Shown one piece after another: positions 61,466-64,000 of a stretch of DNA of 64,000 nucleotides (the stretch's first letter is position 1; each line of letters opens with the position of its first letter). The DNA comes from a virus. Made by a program: the position numbers and the translations under genes. The stretch lies in IMG/VR virus record IMGVR_UViG_3300045988_071280; one strand, written 5' to 3'. The notes under the pieces were generated by a model. That model made no database searches. It worked only from the letters and a program-made list of their open reading frames with translations, and was not told the origin of the DNA.

Positions 61466-63788
61466 CATTTATGTTCAATGTGGTTCGTTACTCCACATCC
61501 GGGAATTTACCCAGCTATATGTTTCCATATAGATCAGACTATATCATACATAATTGATCTAGTATAAGGTCTAAAAGATTTTTAGAAAAACATTCAGTTG
61601 ATGTTTCATGTTCCCAATGTTTAGGCAAATATAAATTATTTTTAATTAGTCTTTTTAATTTAGTTTCTAATGTTTTACAATCTATAGGATTTTCAAAAGA
61701 AATAGTTTTAATTACTTCTATTTCATAGCCAAGATTTTTATACTCTTTAAATCTTCTAATTTGTCCGTTTTCTAAAGTATAAGATATTCCCAATTTATAA
61801 AAACTTTCTTCTTCATTATATAATCGTATAAGATAAAATGTATCACTACATTTCCAGTTTTTACATTTTGGACATCCCCTACCCATAAATATATAATCAT
61901 TATCTATAGATACTTCTCCATGTTCTGGACATATTAAAATAGATTTACCTCCGTGTCTACTAGTTTCAGTAATTTTAAAATCATACTTGTCTCCATAAAT
62001 AAATTTAAGTTGATTGTAAAAATACTGTTTTCTATCAACCGCTGCCTCAATCGTAGGCATAAATCCTTTAGATATCAAATTTCCAGGAGTTACAGAAACT
62101 AAGCCAAATTGTGTTTCAAACAGCATTTTTGAGTTCATTCCACTATATTCAGATGCAGGCTTTATATTATTATATATATGCTCTTGTTTTTCTTTCAATA
62201 GATTCATGAAATATTCAGTTTTGTTTATGGCTGCCTTTATTCCAGGAGTATAAAGTAAAACTTGTTTTGCTGTATTAAACGACATTACTCCATATTTGTC
62301 CTTTACTAAAATTGGTTTAGAAAGTCCTTTAAACCTACTTACCACTTCGATATCTTTATTATATAAAGACTCTACTTCCTTTTTAAATTGTTCTTCTGTG
62401 TACTTCATTCTTTTTCAAATTACTTATTAAATTATGTTTCCGTGCTTCGAACTCACTTGAGTCCTATAATTAGTCGTTGAACCTTCCTTTAAAATATTTA
62501 AAGGCTTGGCTGCTGATTAGCATAGATAAATTATCTTTAGCTTCCCAGCAATTCTCGGAATTTACCCAGGACCTGTATATTAATCCTGTAAATCTGCTGT
62601 AGCTAATACTAAACTAAACGGGATATTTTGTCTCGTTGTCATAAATAACCCATTAACAGATAATGTACATTCCTTAGGATTATCCATAGATCTAACTACA
62701 TTTAAATCTACATCCCTAACAATATAAATATCACTAGCAATTTTAACTACAGAGTATCTATGCATTACACCATCTTTTCCTGTCTCTATATATTCTACCT
62801 CATATACAGTAATTAATCTATTATTATATCCATACATTCCAGTATTCCCATCCCAAACAGGAGTTACCTCTAGTCCCCCTAATATTCCGGTAGCAAATTC
62901 CGAATCCTCTGTAGTAGCAGCATTTATTGGTCCGGTAGATCTTATTATATACTTCTGATTATCAGTATAATATGCCTTCTCTAATTCATCTCTTAACTTA
63001 GTTTTATCAGCTTCTGTTAATTCTGAATTATATTTAGATAGGATCTGATCTACTGTCATGTAATATCTACAAACAGCTCTAGGAGATTTATTTAAATAAT
63101 AACTATTAGGATTTTTCTCCACAAAAGTATTAATAGGATTTAATCCTTCTATATCCACATTATTCCCACTTCTAGAAGGTTGTGTTTTAAAATAAAGTGT
63201 TCCGGAGATTAATAAATCCGTCATTAATAATCTAGCTTTTATATCTAAATCAATACTTTTAGATTGAGATAAATATGTTATAATATTCTGTGCTGCTATT
63301 TCATATTCAGAAATAAAATTTTTATCTATATCTTCTTTTAATAACTGTAGAGACTTTTCAGTTAGAGGATCTTTTGTTATAGGAGTATTCTGATCTCCGA
63401 ATTTAGAGAGAATAGTATTATATAAATTACTCATATATAATTCCCTAACTCCATCTAATACTTTAAGCTGTCTCTCTCTATTTATTAAAGATAATGTCTT
63501 TTGATCTTTACATGTAATTTGCATATTTAATGGAGCATCTAGAAACTTCCCAACTAAATAATCTATGTGCTTTTTTATAAGTGGTATAAATTGTATTTGT
63601 GTCGGAGTTCCTATTCCATAATTTTCTTCGAAATGCTTATATTGATCTAAATCCATCTTCCCGTGATAGTAGTTATAAGCTTTTCTTATTGCTACTTTAT
63701 CATATACGAGATCAGAAATAGCTTGGTTGGCCTTCTGAATTTGATAGTCTTTTGATCCTCGTTTGTACTCGACGCTCATCCAAATCAA
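60434..63788 (-). CDS. portal-like protein gene, split by one group I intron (about 745 aa when joined)
   Basis: Two colinear ORFs (402 and 344 aa) are separated by a 1.1-kb spacer with a group I core. The size, the AIRKAYNYYHG-type N-terminal region and the Q-rich coiled-coil C-terminus fit a portal. The identity is inferred, not confirmed. Confidence 0.6.
61466..62582 (-). mobile_element. group I intron carrying a homing-endonuclease-like ORF
   Basis: P 62544-62553, Q 62509-62518, R 62471-62482, S 61537-61545. P1 is CAGGAT|TAATATACAG-GTCCTG with a U-G pair, extendable by ATTTA/TAAAT. P9 is CTATATG-GAAA-CATATAG, followed by an extra hairpin ATGTGG/CCACAT. The intron starts with TAA, which is the track ORF stop. 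Confidence 0.75.
61539..62408 (-). CDS. intron-encoded putative homing endonuclease: zinc ribbon plus GIY-YIG-superfamily (T5orf172-like) C-terminal domain
   Basis: CPEHG...GCPKC zinc-ribbon-like motif, then TFYLIRLYNEEESFYKLGISYT...RRFKEY...E.KLKRLI...TECF. Located between R and S. The TAG stop lies inside the S element. Confidence 0.55.
   Translation of the reverse strand: MKYTEEQFKKEVESLYNKDIEVVSRFKGLSKPILVKDKYGVMSFNTAKQVLLYTPGIKAAINKTEYFMNLLKEKQEHIYNNIKPASEYSGMNSKMLFETQFGLVSVTPGNLISKGFMPTIEAAVDRKQYFYNQLKFIYGDKYDFKITETSRHGGKSILICPEHGEVSIDNDYIFMGRGCPKCKNWKCSDTFYLIRLYNEEESFYKLGISYTLENGQIRRFKEYKNLGYEIEVIKTISFENPIDCKTLETKLKRLIKNNLYLPKHWEHETSTECFSKNLLDLILDQLCMI
62583..63788 (-). CDS. portal gene exon 1
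   Basis: Track ORF 62580-63788 without its stop codon. The last codons ...ADLQD end at the U of the P1 U-G pair. Confidence 0.65.
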
Positions 63789-63966
63789 TTTTTTGTCCTA
63801 CGAAGTATCTAGTTAGATTTAAACCTCGAAGGTGTAGTTCTTTCTTTATTTTTTCTAAAAACTTCTCTTTACTATCACATTGGATATATATACATAAAGG
63901 AGTTAAGTAATCTTCTGTTATATACATTTTAAGTATATAACCGTCCTCTGTTTTAATTATATCCAT
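63712..63966 (-). CDS. hypothetical protein, 84 aa
   Basis: ORF overlapping the listed portal start by 77 nt. The portal may really start at an internal Met. Confidence 0.45.
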   Translation of the reverse strand: MDIIKTEDGYILKMYITEDYLTPLCIYIQCDSKEKFLEKIKKELHLRGLNLTRYFVGQKIDLDERRVQTRIKRLSNSEGQPSYF

Positions 63967-64000
63967 TGGTTTATTATATATCGCTCCATATAATTCTAAT

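Noticed and set aside
1-64000. Stop-codon reassignment (TAG or TGA recoding), CRISPR arrays, tRNA/rRNA genes, integrase/transposase and diversity-generating retroelement parts.
   Set aside because: Long ORFs are intact under the standard code, and the apparent premature stops are explained by introns or the G9 tract. I saw no repeat-spacer arrays, cloverleaf-like GC-rich islands, reverse transcriptase or recombinase motifs.

Overview
AT-rich phage late/structural region in which every supportable gene lies on the minus strand, tightly packed with many 1-20 nt overlaps. The plus-strand track ORFs look like antisense shadows. Reading right to left: a portal-like gene, an LRR protein, a 2144-aa and a 791-aa tail fibre (both with a C-terminal S74 chaperone domain), and a cassette of small receptor-binding-like paralogues. 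Then come holin/spanin-like membrane proteins, an acidic scaffold-like protein, a major-capsid-like gene, head/neck-size proteins and two very large tail proteins (1240 and 1628 aa). The left end holds a DUF192 protein, a GH108 lysozyme and a run of giant proteins (1486, 624, 2935 and more than 1074 aa; the last runs off the left edge). Gene content, order, one-strand layout and TAnnTTTG promoter-like motifs fit a crAss-like (Crassvirales-type) podophage of a Bacteroidota host. This is recognition by eye, not a database result. Main points: (1) five group I introns with canonical P/Q/R/S cores, four in the capsid gene and one in the portal gene, three carrying homing-endonuclease ORFs; joining the five capsid exons gives one clean 483-aa frame. 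(2) Two G9 tracts (C9 on the plus strand) in the fibre-tip cassette; one splits a lectin-like gene that G10 or a -1 shift would restore. (3) Six neighbouring genes share an N-terminal M-[AS]-(K)-[ED]-F-[IL]-T motif. (4) Five consecutive virion proteins share an N-terminal [FYL]-x-x-G-G motif that also recurs internally. (5) A complete RecD/Dda-like SF1 helicase core sits inside the 2935-aa protein. No rRNA, tRNA, CRISPR array, integrase or transposase was recognised. Splice junctions were placed by eye and may be off by a few nt.
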